From Dimorphilus gyrociliatus (taxonomy: Eukaryota > Animalia > Annelida), in the NCBI GenBank assembly GCA_904063045.1, contig CAJFCJ010000022.1:372001-436000 (forward strand): a stretch of 64,000 nucleotides of DNA. Reading direction: 5' to 3'. Made by a program: the position numbers and the translations under genes. Each line of letters opens with the position of its first letter. Positions within the stretch are counted from its first letter, which is position 1. The notes under the pieces were generated by a model. That model did no database searches. It saw nothing but the letters and a program-made list of their open reading frames with translations, and was not told the origin of the DNA. This document shows, piece by piece, positions 1 through 19,300 of the stretch.

Positions 1-1
1 T

Positions 2-700
2 TTAAATGTTTACGTTATTTTGCTAAACGAGAGGACTGTACCTTTTGCATGCTTCCTTTCAGCGCTTTGTCCCGTATTATTATCTGGAACATCAATGTGG
101 ACTCTTTTAATCTTAAATTTTGATAGATATATTGCTATTACAAAACCGTTTTATTATGAAAGAATATCGAATGGAAGGAATGTTCTAATTAGCATAATAA
201 TTATTTGGATTGTTAATTTGACTACAAGTTTGACCTTAGCAATAAGAGGACGACAGATAATGAATATCAAAACGTATCAGTGTGTTACAGAATTTGAATA
301 TAACGCGGAAATTTGGTTGTTTGCAATATCAGTGACTTATGGTGGAACTGGTATCTCTTTAATTTTTATGTATTCTCATTTGATTTGTATAGCTATAAAA
401 AAGAAAGGACTTAAAAGGAGTAACAAGAAAGCCTTAAGAACTCTCTTACTTTTATTGTTCTTTTTCTATCTTGCCTGGACGCCAATTATATCCAATGTTA
501 TATCAAAATCTCTAGGGAAGCCATTGAAAGTTAATCAAAACATAAACGTTATTCTAATTATTCTTATGTACTTGAATGGAGCGTATAATTGTATTATCTA
601 TACAGCAACAAATAATAAATTCAAAATTGAACTATTTAAGTTTTTCGGTATCAAATCGTCGTCAGTAAGTGACTGTCACATTAGTGAATACAGAAGATAG
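2..700 (+). CDS. Class A (rhodopsin-like) GPCR, orphan; 5' end lies outside the window (TM3-TM7 and C-tail visible, no intron in the visible part)
   Basis: Frame is open from position 2 to TAG at 698-700. It contains DRY (NFDRYIAITKP), a TM6 motif (FFFYLAWTP), a TM7 NPxxY variant (NCIIY), hydrophobic helices and a short basic third intracellular loop. Confidence 0.9.
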   Translation, partial: LNVYVILLNERTVPFACFLSALCPVLLSGTSMWTLLILNFDRYIAITKPFYYERISNGRNVLISIIIIWIVNLTTSLTLAIRGRQIMNIKTYQCVTEFEYNAEIWLFAISVTYGGTGISLIFMYSHLICIAIKKKGLKRSNKKALRTLLLLLFFFYLAWTPIISNVISKSLGKPLKVNQNINVILIILMYLNGAYNCIIYTATNNKFKIELFKFFGIKSSSVSDCHISEYRR

Positions 701-3700
701 AAGAAAAAAAGTACTTATTACTTCTTTCACTTTTTTGTCTCTAAATAAATTAATATATTAATTAATACAAATATAAAAATAGAAGTACATTTATATAATA
801 TTTCGATGTATAGAAATAGAGTATAACTATTGTCGTGCCTTCTTTTTATTTTATTACAATGTTCTTTTATCAATAAAGTTGTAAGTTCTAATTAATTCTT
901 ACTGCAAAAAGTATTACTCTGAATGTTGTATTTGAAAATGTAAATGAGACACTAATACTTCCACTAAGATAAGCAGAGAACTACTAGAAGAGAAATGAAT
1001 TCGTGTTTTTCTGTTTTAGTAATTGCTCTTTTCTATATTCTCCTATACAGTATACATTATCTATGTATAGTAAAGTCATAACTACATTAAAAGTAATCCT
1101 GTCATTCTTCATTAATATTTTAGTAATATAATATGTTAAAATAGCAGAAATAAGAGTATTTATTTTTGCTTTGTTAGCGTAGTACAGTTATTTCAATACG
1201 AATGTTAGATTTTTGTTGTAAGTTGACTTTGTTATTCACAATTCTATGGTATTTATACATAATGTTCAAGTTAATTTTCTTTTATTATGAACAACTACAA
1301 AATGAATACTAATATACTTTGCCATAAGTTTGTGATTTAGCTTTAGAAAAACAGCGATAATTATGCCACCTACATTGAATATTTTTTGTTTGCCAATATG
1401 TATATATATATACTGTATATATAACGCATATATCTATATGAACACGTGATTCTCTCTTTTCCTTACGTGTTCTCATTATAAAAGGTAGATGGCATTATTA
1501 TAGGTAATTTCGGTATTCAAAAGTAATAATTACGTTGCTTATGCAAAGATAGGAAATGAAACGAATAAATATACTGTATATGCTGTATATATAATGGGAG
1601 AATAGTACAGTTCTTGGATATAAATAAGAAAAAGGGCAAATAATACCAAAAAAATGGAAGAAATAGAGAATTTCAGAAATTCCATTAACTCTTATAACTG
1701 AGAAATTTCACTAATGTAAAAGTTACATTATCATTAAAGGTTAGGGAAATCTTGATAAGAATAGCAATGAAATCTTGTTTACAGATTATAAACGAAAGAT
1801 TGTTTTTATTATTAATTAAAGATGAAAACTTAAAACTTCTATAAACTTGATCATTTCTCCTCCAAAATATTCTCTTAAATACTTTTCTTTTCGTATTTTC
1901 CATCCTTTTCATTTAATACTTTATGAATAATAATAATATAAAAGCGATATAAGAGAGTTTCACCTAAATGCGGTAATGAAAATCTCCTGAAACGTATAAT
2001 TACGAATCAATTGCGGAAAGATAAATTATTTGCTTAATCGAATGCATTTATAAGGGATATAATACGAAAATTGTTATTAATATACTTTATATAAACAGAT
2101 ACTATATGTCGAATACAGGAACACGAAAATTTCTTTCAAATGACTATATAAAAGAGATTGAATATGCTTGAAATATTTCTATAATATTGATAATATTCAA
2201 GAAAAAATCAAGAAAATGTATACATCTCCATGTTAAATAAAATCCATTTTGTACTCTATATATATTGATTTTTTACCCTTTAAATATACTTCTTCTATGT
2301 GTTTAGGAAACAAAACTTCTAATTATAATTATTTTATGCATAAAACATCTAGTAATTACACTCGATGATACATTCTATTAATTTTCATATAGCCAGTTTA
2401 GCAAAGATGAGTAAATTAATGATAATTGAATCTCCGTTATTATCAATTTTGTACTCTAATTTGATGTTTTTCAGAAACGTTGCCTTAAGCTAATTGAAGA
2501 AGCCCTGCTATATATCTACTACCTAGATTGCACGTACTACATTTGGCTGAAAATTGTTAAACCCATAGAGGGAATCAAATATATAAACACGCGCCCCTGG
2601 GAAAGAAGACCGCTTGTAAAAATGCTACAATTCTGGCTATTTTCCCATACAAAACATACAGATTGTGCACGTTTGCAGTCCATTTTCAGCCATGTTGTTA
2701 TAATAAAATTGATAGCGGAAAATATTTTTATTTAATACATTTTAATTGATTGCGAAGGAAGCAAATGGAATACAATAAGCCAATCTACAGCTCCCTCTCT
2801 TAGAAAGTGATTAGTACCTGGACAAAATGTTAGAAAAGAACCAGACTGCATACGTTATCTTAATTAGAACAGATGTAATATATAACATATAATTGAAACA
2901 CATCATAAAATTATAAAATTATGGACACAATATATGAATTTTATTCTACGCGATATTCCTGTTGCTTCTATCTAAATAAACTCATAATGAATATTTCTTT
3001 CTTTGTTCCTTCCTTCCCTCTCTCCCTATACTGCAGAAGAAATAAACGTCTTTTCAAGGCCTATCTTCAAGTCATCCGACGACAAAACGCCTAATAAAAT
3101 ATCACGAAAATCTTGGCAATTTTTTTTAACTAGACAAAGGATATATTGGTTTTTTTTTAATTATTCAAATTGCTTCAGCAAGACCTTCAGCGTGTATAGT
3201 CTAAGTTTTTTAAAGCCTGATTAGCTTGAAGGGAAGACAGGAATTTATTCCATCCTTTTCTCGCAATAAGTGTCTCTTTTCATACCTTTCTTTCATTCAT
3301 TTTCTTTTACTTACAGAACAAAACACAAGGAAAACGCTGTTTTTTTCACTTTTCCTCTTTCCTTTCCATTTCTCTTTCTCCTTCTCTTACTCAGTCACTT
3401 TAGACCTTTCTTTTCTTTTTTTTTTTACTTCAATTCTTCATACCAATCCTTTCAAATGCTATAAAAAATTAAGTTAAATATAAAAAAGCCCCTGGTAAAT
3501 TGTTATTTTTTATGCTGACTATGATCTTTTTTCCATAAATATATTTGTAGGGGTTTTTTTTTCCTGGTCATTTGAATAAATGTCATTTTTATTTCTCACT
3601 CTTTTTCGTATATCTATATATATATATACAATTATTCAGATTTTTTTTAGACTTATTTGTCTTTTGTTTTTAAAAAAAAATATCTCATTACCATTTTATT

Positions 3701-3921
3701 CTAGAATGTTTAAGAAATGGGTAAAGATAAAAATAACTCTAAGCAGTTTTAAATCATCATGTCTATTTTATATTTAACTTTCCACTTGGTCTTACTAGAT
3801 CGTGACATGTTTTCTCAATGATTTAACTCACTCTTATTCTGACTATTTCTCTTTTCCTTTCCTTCTTTTTCGTCCTTTATTCTGTCTTTCATTCCCACGC
3901 ATCCTCACACATACATATATT

Positions 3922-3923
<2 letters not shown>

Positions 3924-3957
<34 letters not shown>
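3924..3957. repeat. (TA)17 microsatellite
   Basis: Perfect TA dinucleotide run, read directly. Confidence 0.9.
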
Positions 3958-3959
<2 letters not shown>

Positions 3960-5115
3960 TATACACTATATAAATCCTTCTTTTCTGTTGTTTATTTCTC
4001 TTGCTAACTTTTCTGCTCTGTCCGTTTTCCAGATTACATACATAAAGTAGTTTTCTGTTTCTAACTGTTGAAGTATAACTGACATTCATTCTTCAGTATT
4101 TAAAATATAAATCCTTCCGCTTTTATTTCTTTAATTAATTAGTAGATGTATTTAAAACGGATATTAAAGAATGACTATTATGTACAACTCGTATTTTATG
4201 TTATATGCTAATAAGCATTCTGGATATAATTGACTCGCTTATTTTCATCCCTTCCATATTTGACTAAATACAAATGACAAGAGATTATACGATCACAAAA
4301 ATTATCTTTAATAAAGGCAATATAGTATGAATCTTTAGTACGAAAGTCTTTTCCTTCACTTCTCTATCTCTTTTTTGTCTTCTTTTCTCTCTTTTCATGT
4401 AATAAAGATTTAATACATTCAAATAAGATAAAAGTGATATTCAATTATTTCTAATCTACAATTCAATTTGCATATTCTCATATTAACCTTTTACAAATTA
4501 TGTAAAGGGATGAAAAGTGTACATTATTTATAGCTGAAGATGTAGCTTTTCCTTCAATACCTAAAGGAATTCTTGTTCTTTTATTTGAAAACAAAAGAGA
4601 GAGAGGGAGAGAGAGAGAGGGAGGGAGAAGGAAAAGAAAATAATAGATGAAATACAGTTTTTAAAACTATTTTTGTCACTGAAACAAAAAAGAAGCATCA
4701 GATTTTAATTCTATTATGAACAAGTGTAACGTTAAATAATTCTTTATCTAATAACTCAGTACATATTATGTAAGGGAGCAGAGTAAAAGTCTGGTTGTAA
4801 TGAACAAGAATTCTATTGGATAACAGTGTTTAAAAGAAAAATGATAGAAGGAAAAAAGAAATTACTTTTTTTTTCATTAAAAAAAACCTTTCTGCTTTTT
4901 GCTTCTTCTTTTATATATATTTAGTGAAAGGAAGCGATTATGCTTTATTTTTATTCATTTATTAGTTTTTTCTTCTAGAATTTATATAAAATAATTAAAA
5001 AAATCAATGATTTTCTAGAGAAATTCTTTTTTTCCTTCTATATTCTTTTAATTAAATTAATTAGTCTACAATTTTATACTTTTTTGGCTTCTAATAAAAG
5101 AGTCTGATCCTTGGA

Positions 5116-5808
5116 TTATTCTTCATTCGTAAACAGTAAATCTTCACTTTCTCCAGAGCCTGGAGTGGTTTCCGTAGTTTTTTCACTTTCAGAGCATGTC
5201 TTACCCATCCATCCGTCTTGGCATTTGAACTAAATAAAAGAGAAAGATTAGCAAATCACCGTAAATGACTAAAAAAAGATTAAATTTGACATGAGTACTA
5301 TCCTACATACCGAATAATTGGCAGATAGCGTTGGCCTATTAATTTTCCTTTCCCCGTGAATTATAAAACTATGTTGGCCCTGTCGGACTGCAAGACGATT
5401 TTGAAACATGTCTATAAAATCATCTCGGCTGTTGTTGTTCCGATCATGAAAATTAATGAAGAAGAATAGCGATTTAACAGTTGACTCTACTTCGAAGACC
5501 ATTGGGTTGTCAAAATCAAAGAATGTGTCATTAAAAAATATTGTATTCTCATTTGTATAAGTCGTTGCGTTGATTCCTTTAGGATTTTTATAATAGACGT
5601 ATGAACATGTACTTGAATGACCAAGGCAGAAGTAGGAGAGTGATACGTCGCAAGCCCATCTATCATGACCTGCTGCAGAATTATCGCATCGTCTTCCCGT
5701 GCTGATTGCTCCTTTCGTTTTCAAAGAGTTAAACTTGAGTTCCATAACATAGTTAGCCGTAGTTATGGAGAATAGAAGAAATATAAACGTTACAGATAAG
5801 GCAAGCAT
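5116..5808 (-). CDS. Secreted Notch-ligand-like protein, 203 aa: signal peptide, MNNL/C2-like domain, truncated DSL start
   Basis: Exons 5808-5311 and 5229-5116, with an 81-nt intron (GTATGT...TTTAG, phase 0). N-terminal signal peptide MLALSVTFIFLLFSITTA. The motifs MELK, CD...CDVSLSYFCL...CSY, DNPMVF, DDFID and the spliced YS|FKCQDGWMGKTC resemble the Delta N-terminal domain followed by YSYRFVCDEHYYGEGC. The family call is from recalled similarity. Confidence 0.7.
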
Positions 5809-8148
5809 CCCGACTGAAGGAAATAAAAAGAGAATTTGTTTATTTTTTGCAAATAAACACTTTTTGGTATTTATTTTAAAAAGGCATTTAAAGTCTAAGG
5901 TATCGCAATTTTTTTCATTATAGTCTCCCTTTTTTCCCTCTACTTTTGTTTGTCATTGACAAAAAATAAGAATAAAAGAAGAGAGATGAAAAGGAGATAT
6001 ACACGTCAATAAGTTAGAAATTGCCTTTACGAACTGTATACTTTTTAATTCATTACACGCTGTACAATTTGATTGTTCAGCTAAATCGTACACGTTTCGT
6101 GTACCTTGTAAATGTTTTTCCTTATATACTCGTCCCAGACTATTCTACACCCATCAAAACTAAAACTCCCACGAGGCCAATGATATATGTATAACACCGT
6201 ATATATTGTAGATATATATCTCAGTATATACAGTAGTTGTATATAATTATATATAGAATATACTGTGCATAGAAAACTTTCGGTCTATTAAATAATACTT
6301 AATAGCTCCGTATCAAACTATTGTGCTACGATTTTTAATAGCTCTTGAACTACTTTTTAATTGTGCCACCTTATTACACAATGTCCAAAGCCACATGTTA
6401 GAATAAAAGTTACGCAATCTACTTTTTTTTCTCACTCATGAGATAAAATCTATATTACGAACAATAAAAAAAGAGAAAAACTAGAAGGAACATGGTCTTG
6501 AAAAGTCTGAAATAACTTTGGACCTTGATGTTAAGCATACAATTGTCAGTACGACATAAATACTGTATTGTCTCTTTCTGTAGAATTTTCCATATGCGTT
6601 TGGGACAAAAGGATAACATCTGTTCTGTATTTTGCAATTAAAGTTACGTCCTTCTACTAAAGTATATAATATTTTCACCGATGGGCTTCAATTATGTTCA
6701 ATTGTAAATATAAGCTCGTCCCCTGTCTTTGTCTCTTTTTTCCATCTTTTAATCAACAACTTTTGATCAAGAAACAATTGACAAGAAGACATCGATAGAC
6801 ATATATCGCTATCTATCAGTAGTTTTCCAATCAATTTCCTACTCCTTATAAAACTGTGTAGATTATTAAATGACGTATTCTTTTCGTTAAATCCTTACAT
6901 TTATAATGAAAGCGTTACTTTCCAATTATCTTTTCATTCGAAAACTGTTCACGTGATACTGAAACTATATCAATTCGATAAGCCTTTACGCAATTGACAG
7001 TATATTTTTTACTACAAAAGAGTATTTCTATTAATTATACACCTGTTGTTAAAAAGAGGCAGATGATTTTTTTTCTTATTATAGAAACGTGAGAAAGAAA
7101 AGAAAACAGGAAAAGTAAGAGAGAATGGGAGAGTCGGAGAGGGAAGATCGAAGAACTCTATATCCTAGTACATTTATAATAATTTTATTAATTTGAATTA
7201 TTTGAAGAGAACGTATTGATAAGCCATTGCATTACATATAATTAGTCACTAATTTGTTGATATCTAAGCCTTTTCGCATATTAAAAAAAAGGTTCATTCT
7301 AAAAGAATATACAGTAGATATTAAACATAGTTATTGTTAAATATAGTACACGTACTCTACTTGTCTATTTAAATAATACACATAGTATAATTTCTATATA
7401 TACTGTATATATATATAAATATATACAGTATATATATATTTAGTATATGTTTAAATTAATAAGTGCAAATTTTTCTCTCTTTTCATTCATTAATGAAGCA
7501 TTGATTTGCCCCTTTTTAACAGCTTGCTAAACGAAACATGAACATAGGTTTAATTAATCGTAATTTAGAAACATTAACATATTTATGCTGCAAAATATGC
7601 TTTTGATATATTTTTGTAATAGTGGCACACATAGCCCGCATTAAATATGCTAATTAGCTTTCCATCTTTTGCTTCCTGTAACAGAAAAGTACAATGGACA
7701 AACAGAGATTATTGTAAGTGACTTTTACAAAAGCGATGATTCTTTTTACGAGACTATTGAATGGGAAAATTTGTATTCTTTCTTTTTATGGGAAAAAAGA
7801 ATGGTTGAAAGAAGAAATTTTTTTGCGTAGTGTTGGCAAATAACTGACTAGAACCAATTATTTTTACACAGCTAACATAGAGAATAAACTTAAAAATAGT
7901 GAAAGTTAATTTAAAGTAGAGATATGAATAATGTAGCTTTTAGAAAGTATGCAAAAGTTAACATCTATAAAATATTCACATATGGTCCAACTAATAAAAA
8001 AAAATTCACGCATCATTTTACAAAAGCTTTAACCTTGAAAATGAAAGAATTCACTTAAAGTCGTTGACAGTCTCGTAAAAACTCTTATTATAAGAAGAGA
8101 TATTGTAAATTATTGTATATGAACTGTTCCCTAATTATTTCTCATTGA

Positions 8149-8151
<3 letters not shown>

Positions 8152-8184
<33 letters not shown>
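8152..8184. repeat. (AG)n microsatellite
   Basis: Perfect AG run of about 16 units. Confidence 0.9.
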
Positions 8185-8188
<4 letters not shown>

Positions 8189-10080
8189 TCTTTCATAACT
8201 TTATTACGTCTTTTAATAAAAAAAGAGGAAAAGTGTTAATTTTCTATTAATAATTTATCATATAAAACTAACAGAATTTTAAGTTAAAAACATTAAAATT
8301 GACTTTGTAATCCTTCTCTTTCTATAAAACATAAATAAATCATTGATTTTTGAAAGAAAATGAAATAATTTAAAAAAAGTGGCACATTTTTTTAACACCT
8401 TACAAAAGATTGATTTCACGTTATAAAATAATAAAACCTACCCAAAATAGAATTTAACAGGGAGAAAGAGAGGCAACGAATAAATATATTTTCTTAGCAG
8501 ATATATTTTCTCTCACTCACTCTCTTTCTCTCTCTCTTTCTATTTATATATATTAATACATACATCAACAATTTCACATAAAGAGGAAGAGGAAGAGAAA
8601 GGGAATATAATGTAGAAAATAAGGAAAGGTGGGAGTAGGGTAGCAGCTAATCAACTAATACATTCTATCATTTTCTTTTTGTATTTCTAAGAAATAAATC
8701 TTTTGATTATCTTTAAAAATTTGTATTTTTAGATTGGTGACAACGTGAGAAAGAAACTAATAGCTTTAATAAGATTCCTAATACTATATTAAATGTAAAA
8801 ATTAATGACATAGATATCGAGATAGGGAGAAAGAAAGAAAGACTGACCGAGGAGAGAGAGAACGAATAGAAAAAGAAAAGATTTCTTTTGGACTTTTTCG
8901 AAAATCGGTGAAGAAATAGCTCAAGAGCCAAAGCGGTACAAAATGTGGAAAAAAGAAAAACATTATTGATTTTCTTTTTTCAGTATTTAATAATTTATAA
9001 TTATATAAAAAAAAAGAGAACATTCTCTTTTGTGTTTAATGCTTTCATGACTAGGGCTAAATTGGTCCTATGGTGAAACACTGCGGGAAAACAATTACAA
9101 ATATAATACTTCTATTAGAAAACTTTATCTGTTCACTGCATCCTTCTTTTGTAAAACTTACCTTGTTCGGTAGTCTCAGGTTCAAGAGTAGGATGGTACT
9201 AAATCTAGAATTGGCAAAAAAAAAGAATACTAGAAGTACGCGTGTTTTCGTATAAAAGAAATTGTAGATACGAAAATTCTCCACACCAAAGTTAATTGCT
9301 GACACATCTTAATAATTTCCATTGATATATTTAATTAATAGAATTAATCGGCTAGGCGACAATTATATGAATAATGTGGTGAGATTGCCTAATTTCACCT
9401 TTTTCCCCGTTCATCTTAACACTTTTTCAACAAGAAGGAAAAAGACTATAACATACAAACTGGAAAGATCAGAGAGGAGATGAAGAAAAGTTAAATTAGA
9501 AGAGGTTTTGATTAGTATTTTGATAGTTTGTGTGTTTATTTTATCACGTAATCTATATTCATTGTAGGAATATCTATCCATCTATATTTACAAACAATAA
9601 ATGCAAACTACTTTTTTCGAGTTTCTTTTTATAGTCACGCAAAACTCGACATTTTCTGTTAGTTTTTGTCACACATCCTCTTTGATCCCTCTTTAGTATC
9701 ATAGCCGCTTCAAAGTCTTTTTCCAAACGAAAGACTAAATTGATGCATGAATATAAAAGAAAAAGGTCAGGGTTAATCGGATATACGTTATAAGGATACT
9801 TGATCGAAAAAAACAGAAAAGGAAAGGAGGAAAGCGTAACTTTTATTGGGTGAGCTAAGAAAATCGACAAAGATAATCATTCAAATGGCTTTTTCATGAA
9901 TAAACAATTACGAACACATGCCAAATTGAGGGAGAATAGTCGACTAATCACTCATTTATTTTACTTGTATTAATCTCTCTCTCCGAATATTCATCAATAT
10001 TTATTTATTATCGGACTTGAACAATAATTTGTTACATATTTTTCGTGTCACGTGATTTAAATATTAATTTTTAGAACATG

Positions 10081-15053
<4,973 letters not shown>

Positions 15054-16308
15054 AGAGGAAACTGGAAGAAAAAAAGTTGAAGAAACAAACAAACATATAA
15101 CAAACACAACTATTTTTCCAATTTCATCGTTGATGTTGACTACTGGACTTGTTTTTCTTAGCAGAAAGATAGAATTTTTATGAAACGGCTGCCGAAAAAC
15201 TCTTTGTATTATTTCAACAGTTTTACCACAAATTAATGCTGACGTTAGCAATGAGATTAAACTAACGATCTTGTCTAGAGCTGATAAGAAATTCGTGATC
15301 AGCGTACTTTTGCTAGCTACTACATTTACCATTGATTTGGGATAAAAGAAGAAGATGTCTTTCATCCCTTCTTTTCCAACTAGGAGAGAGATTCAATTCA
15401 AAGTTTAATTCCTCAAGACTCTTCTCTATTATTATTATCCTTTGAAAGAAGATAGCTACAAGACGATACATGGTACAATCCAAGTTTTAATGAAATGCGA
15501 AGTGACGCCATATCTACTAATTAACCACAACGTGATAGAGGTAATAAACAGGCTACAAAAAACATATAATGGGAGAATGTGTGTACATATCTCTATATAG
15601 GTATACAACGTCTCTAATCAGTACATATACATGTCTGCAGTTTGTAAGACTATATTTGTTTTCATATAAAAGCATATACATATGCCAAAATATCTATAAA
15701 TATGTATAGGCTTATGTATACATTCAATTGAGTAAATGATAATATGTTACTTTTGATATGTCTATACATCTACATTCCCCTCATATATACTATGGATATA
15801 TGCAAATCTTTTTGCACTATATATGTATAGTATATTTTCAAAAGTAGATTATTTTAGTGTATATGTATTATTATACAGTATATAAGTGTATTTACTATAT
15901 TTTAGTCATGCTAAGATAAAATTTTTTTGTTTCCTACTGTACATACTCTCCTATTAACTCTACAAACAAGTAAGATAGCGAAGAAGGAAAACTGTACCTG
16001 ATATATGCGTTTCTACTCTCAACTCTCTCCCTCTGTTTTGTTTCTATATATCTATCTCTCCCTCCCTCCTCTCCCAATTTCTATATCTAAAACATGCATT
16101 ATTGAAGCAATTAGGTTAGAATAACTCTTTTTTAACAAAGAAAGACTATCAGTAAAGAAAGAAGTATATATATACTAATATATATACTGTATATAAACAA
16201 AAGACAATGTTAACATAAAATATATAAGAAAGTTTGTCAGTTTCTTGCCTATTAATGCAAAACAAAGATGAAAAAGGAACAAAGGAGAGCAAACTATGTT
16301 AATATATT

Positions 16309-16311
<3 letters not shown>

Positions 16312-16339
<28 letters not shown>
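16312..16339. repeat. (TA)n microsatellite
   Basis: Perfect AT run, read directly. Confidence 0.85.
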
Positions 16340-16342
<3 letters not shown>

Positions 16343-19300
16343 CATTCAGTATATATTTGAAAGATTCAATTGATTTTAATACTAAAAGAAAATGTAGGAG
16401 AAATTTTAGTTATGAGGAAAAATAGAGAAATTACGATATTTGATTGAAATTTAGAAAAAAAGGATATAGATTATATACAATAGTAACTTTAATAGCTTGT
16501 TTATCATTATTATCCGATAAATTGATGTGCTGATAGATTGTTTTTTAAGGTATGACAAAGTGTTTATTTTGAGAATTCTGGCAGCTGCTTTGTATAGGAA
16601 ATGACCATTAACCAGAAAGTGTTTTTTTTGTTAAGGAAGACTTCTTAAAAGAAAACAACGACTATTATTCTTTCTGGTAGCTGATCTATCTGTTAAGTGG
16701 GTGCTCCTGATCCATTTAACGGAAAAAATTAAGTAGAAGATATACATGAGCCTTTTCTTCAAGATCAAAGCGTATTAATAGCGTGACTCGCATACGTATC
16801 AATGAAATTTAAATGATTTATCATCATCAACCGTAAAATTACGGTGGTAATATTTGCTTCGAAAAAAAAGGGGAAAAATATGAAGAGAATTCAATTAATT
16901 ATGTTTAATTGATTTAGGGTAAACGTTAAAAATATATGCATAAGATTCTATGTATATATACACATATATTCATATATTACCTTTTTTACATTTTCCGTTC
17001 AAGTATGTATAAGAAAATCAAACTGTTTCACTTCATCAACAAACGAGTTTTTGTATGCCTCTCTTCAAGTTTTTTGTAGGTCTATTCATATAGAAGTATA
17101 GAAACTACATTGAAATGTATTATATACTATGGCTCTTTTATGATATATACATCAGTATATATATATATATGTATATATTATTCTACTGTATATTCAAATT
17201 CTATATAGCTCATTCGTTATATCGTGTACATTTTGTATATAATGTATAAGAATCATTATATGTTATGTATTTATATTATATTTAAGACAGTGAAATCTTT
17301 GGTAAATATGAAAAGAGTGAAATGCAAGTGCCGTCTGATTTGATTTCATATCCTAAGAGAATCTCTCCTGCTGAATTTTTGTTCTGTTAATGCCACTTTT
17401 TTTATGTCACGCTGAGAATCTTTGTTAAAGAAACAAGAAAATGAAAAAATTGGCCAAAACATGAAAAAATTATTAAAGATATGAAAAAAAAACAAAAAAT
17501 TAATGATTTTATTTGTTTTTTCTTCTTTCTTTTAGTTCTTTTAGGCAAAAACTAGAAAGATTGATCTTTCTCTTTTGTCTCTCTCTTCATTTCTTCTTTT
17601 CTTCCCTTCATTATTTTTGGTTCTTCAATTCACGAATTTTATTTATTATTTGATAAATAATAAAAAGATAATTTACACGGTTAAAAACTCTATTTGAGAC
17701 GGATTAAATAAGAGATTTACTCAATAATTAGTTTTATTCATAGTGTTTTTTATCCTAACTATGATTTATGCACTGCTTTTTAATCGTACGACCACAAATG
17801 TACTGCATATTTTGCAGTACATATTTTATAATTGTATAAATATATATGTTTTTATGGTCATTCTATCTTCGAACCACACGTTGCGGAATATTTCCTGAAC
17901 AAGGGGCATCTCTCCTCTTTTCTTATTAATGATATCATATACACTCTTTACATATAGATGAAAGATTACTTGAGACTATTTTCATTTGGCTTTCTTGAAT
18001 TTCTTGTTAGAATTGGATAACTTTGATAAATTATATAGTTAGACTCTGGACTGATCGTTCATCGTTTACTTGTACAGATATATAGACAGAATCCTGTAAC
18101 TATATAGCTTACATATGCCATTAGATAAACAAATGATTATTTGTCTGCAGTAAATTGTGTAAATCAGATATAATGTGGCCTATTACGAAGAAATTTTTTA
18201 TAAAAAACGAGAAAAGCAAAAGGACGGAACAAGATACACACATACATTTCTACGGATAGACAGATAGACAGAGAAAAGAGATAATACTCGGAATATAAAT
18301 GGTAGGATAGATGAGAAGAAAAAAGGATATAAAATCTTATTATTTCATTAGTTGTCCCCTGTAATATTTTTTTAGGACTAAATGTTTCGCGTGCCTTATC
18401 ATCAATCGGATTTAAAAGGGGGAAAAATACACAATCACGTGACTACTCCCAAGTCTTTCTCTAACAAATTTATTTAAAAAGTTTTCTTGAGCCTACAGAA
18501 AAATGCCACAGGGCACGACGCTTTTCCTTTTAGATCTCGTAAGAAACATTCTTATAAAAGTATTTTCACGCGCTGTAATATGAATCCTATCAACCAAACA
18601 GTTTTCTTGCATTTATGCCATGATAATGAGATAATGGAGATAGAGAAAAAAATCATTAAATTTCTCTTCTTTCATGAAAAATTGTATCGTTAGTGGCGCC
18701 AGCCAAACATAAATCTTGGTCTTTTATTAAGACAAGTGAGGCGAGAAAAGGACTGGTTGTTTTCAAGACATATCTTCAAAGAAGTGATAGCGTGCAATTA
18801 TGACTTGACGATAGAACCCTCAGGAAGGATAGTAATAAAACGGTTTTATTACCTGCAAGAGCTTGCTCTGTCGCTCCAGTGCATTTTTCATATTTAATTT
18901 ATTGTTAATGAATGAAATGAATAAACAGAGACGAAAAAAGATGAAGAGAAATGGAATAAAAACTTCAAAAACAGCTAAACGTTACGGTGCTATGTTTTTT
19001 TCGGAGGAGAATACCGTCTGATAGTGACAGATTTATTATTGGCCAACTGCAACGTCTGAAGACTCTTTTTTCTTTAAAATCGATCCTCCCTCTTTGCTCC
19101 TCCCCTTTTCTCCTCCTTTTCATTTTTCACTATTCTCTCTTTCTCATTCCATACTCTTATTCTTTTAACCTCTCTATTCAGTTAGCTTTTCCCTTTTATC
19201 TTACGATCTCCGTCTTAAACCTTAATTTAATTACTACCTATATATTTTTTCATCTACTAATTATAATTGAGAATGGTGAAGGTTTTCTTTTCAATCATCT

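Noticed and set aside
1685-4089. Cluster of 64-83 aa Phe/Leu/Ile/Tyr-rich ORFs
   Set aside because: Low-complexity translations of pyrimidine tracts and TA repeats. The same applies to similar short ORFs at 6.4-9.9, 18.5-19.6, 23-25, 36.9, 41.4, 44.7 and 48.9-49.8 kb.
9457-9459. Possible 3-nt microexon on the minus strand (CCAG|TTT|GTATGT)
   Set aside because: No host coding context; easily arises by chance in T-rich sequence.
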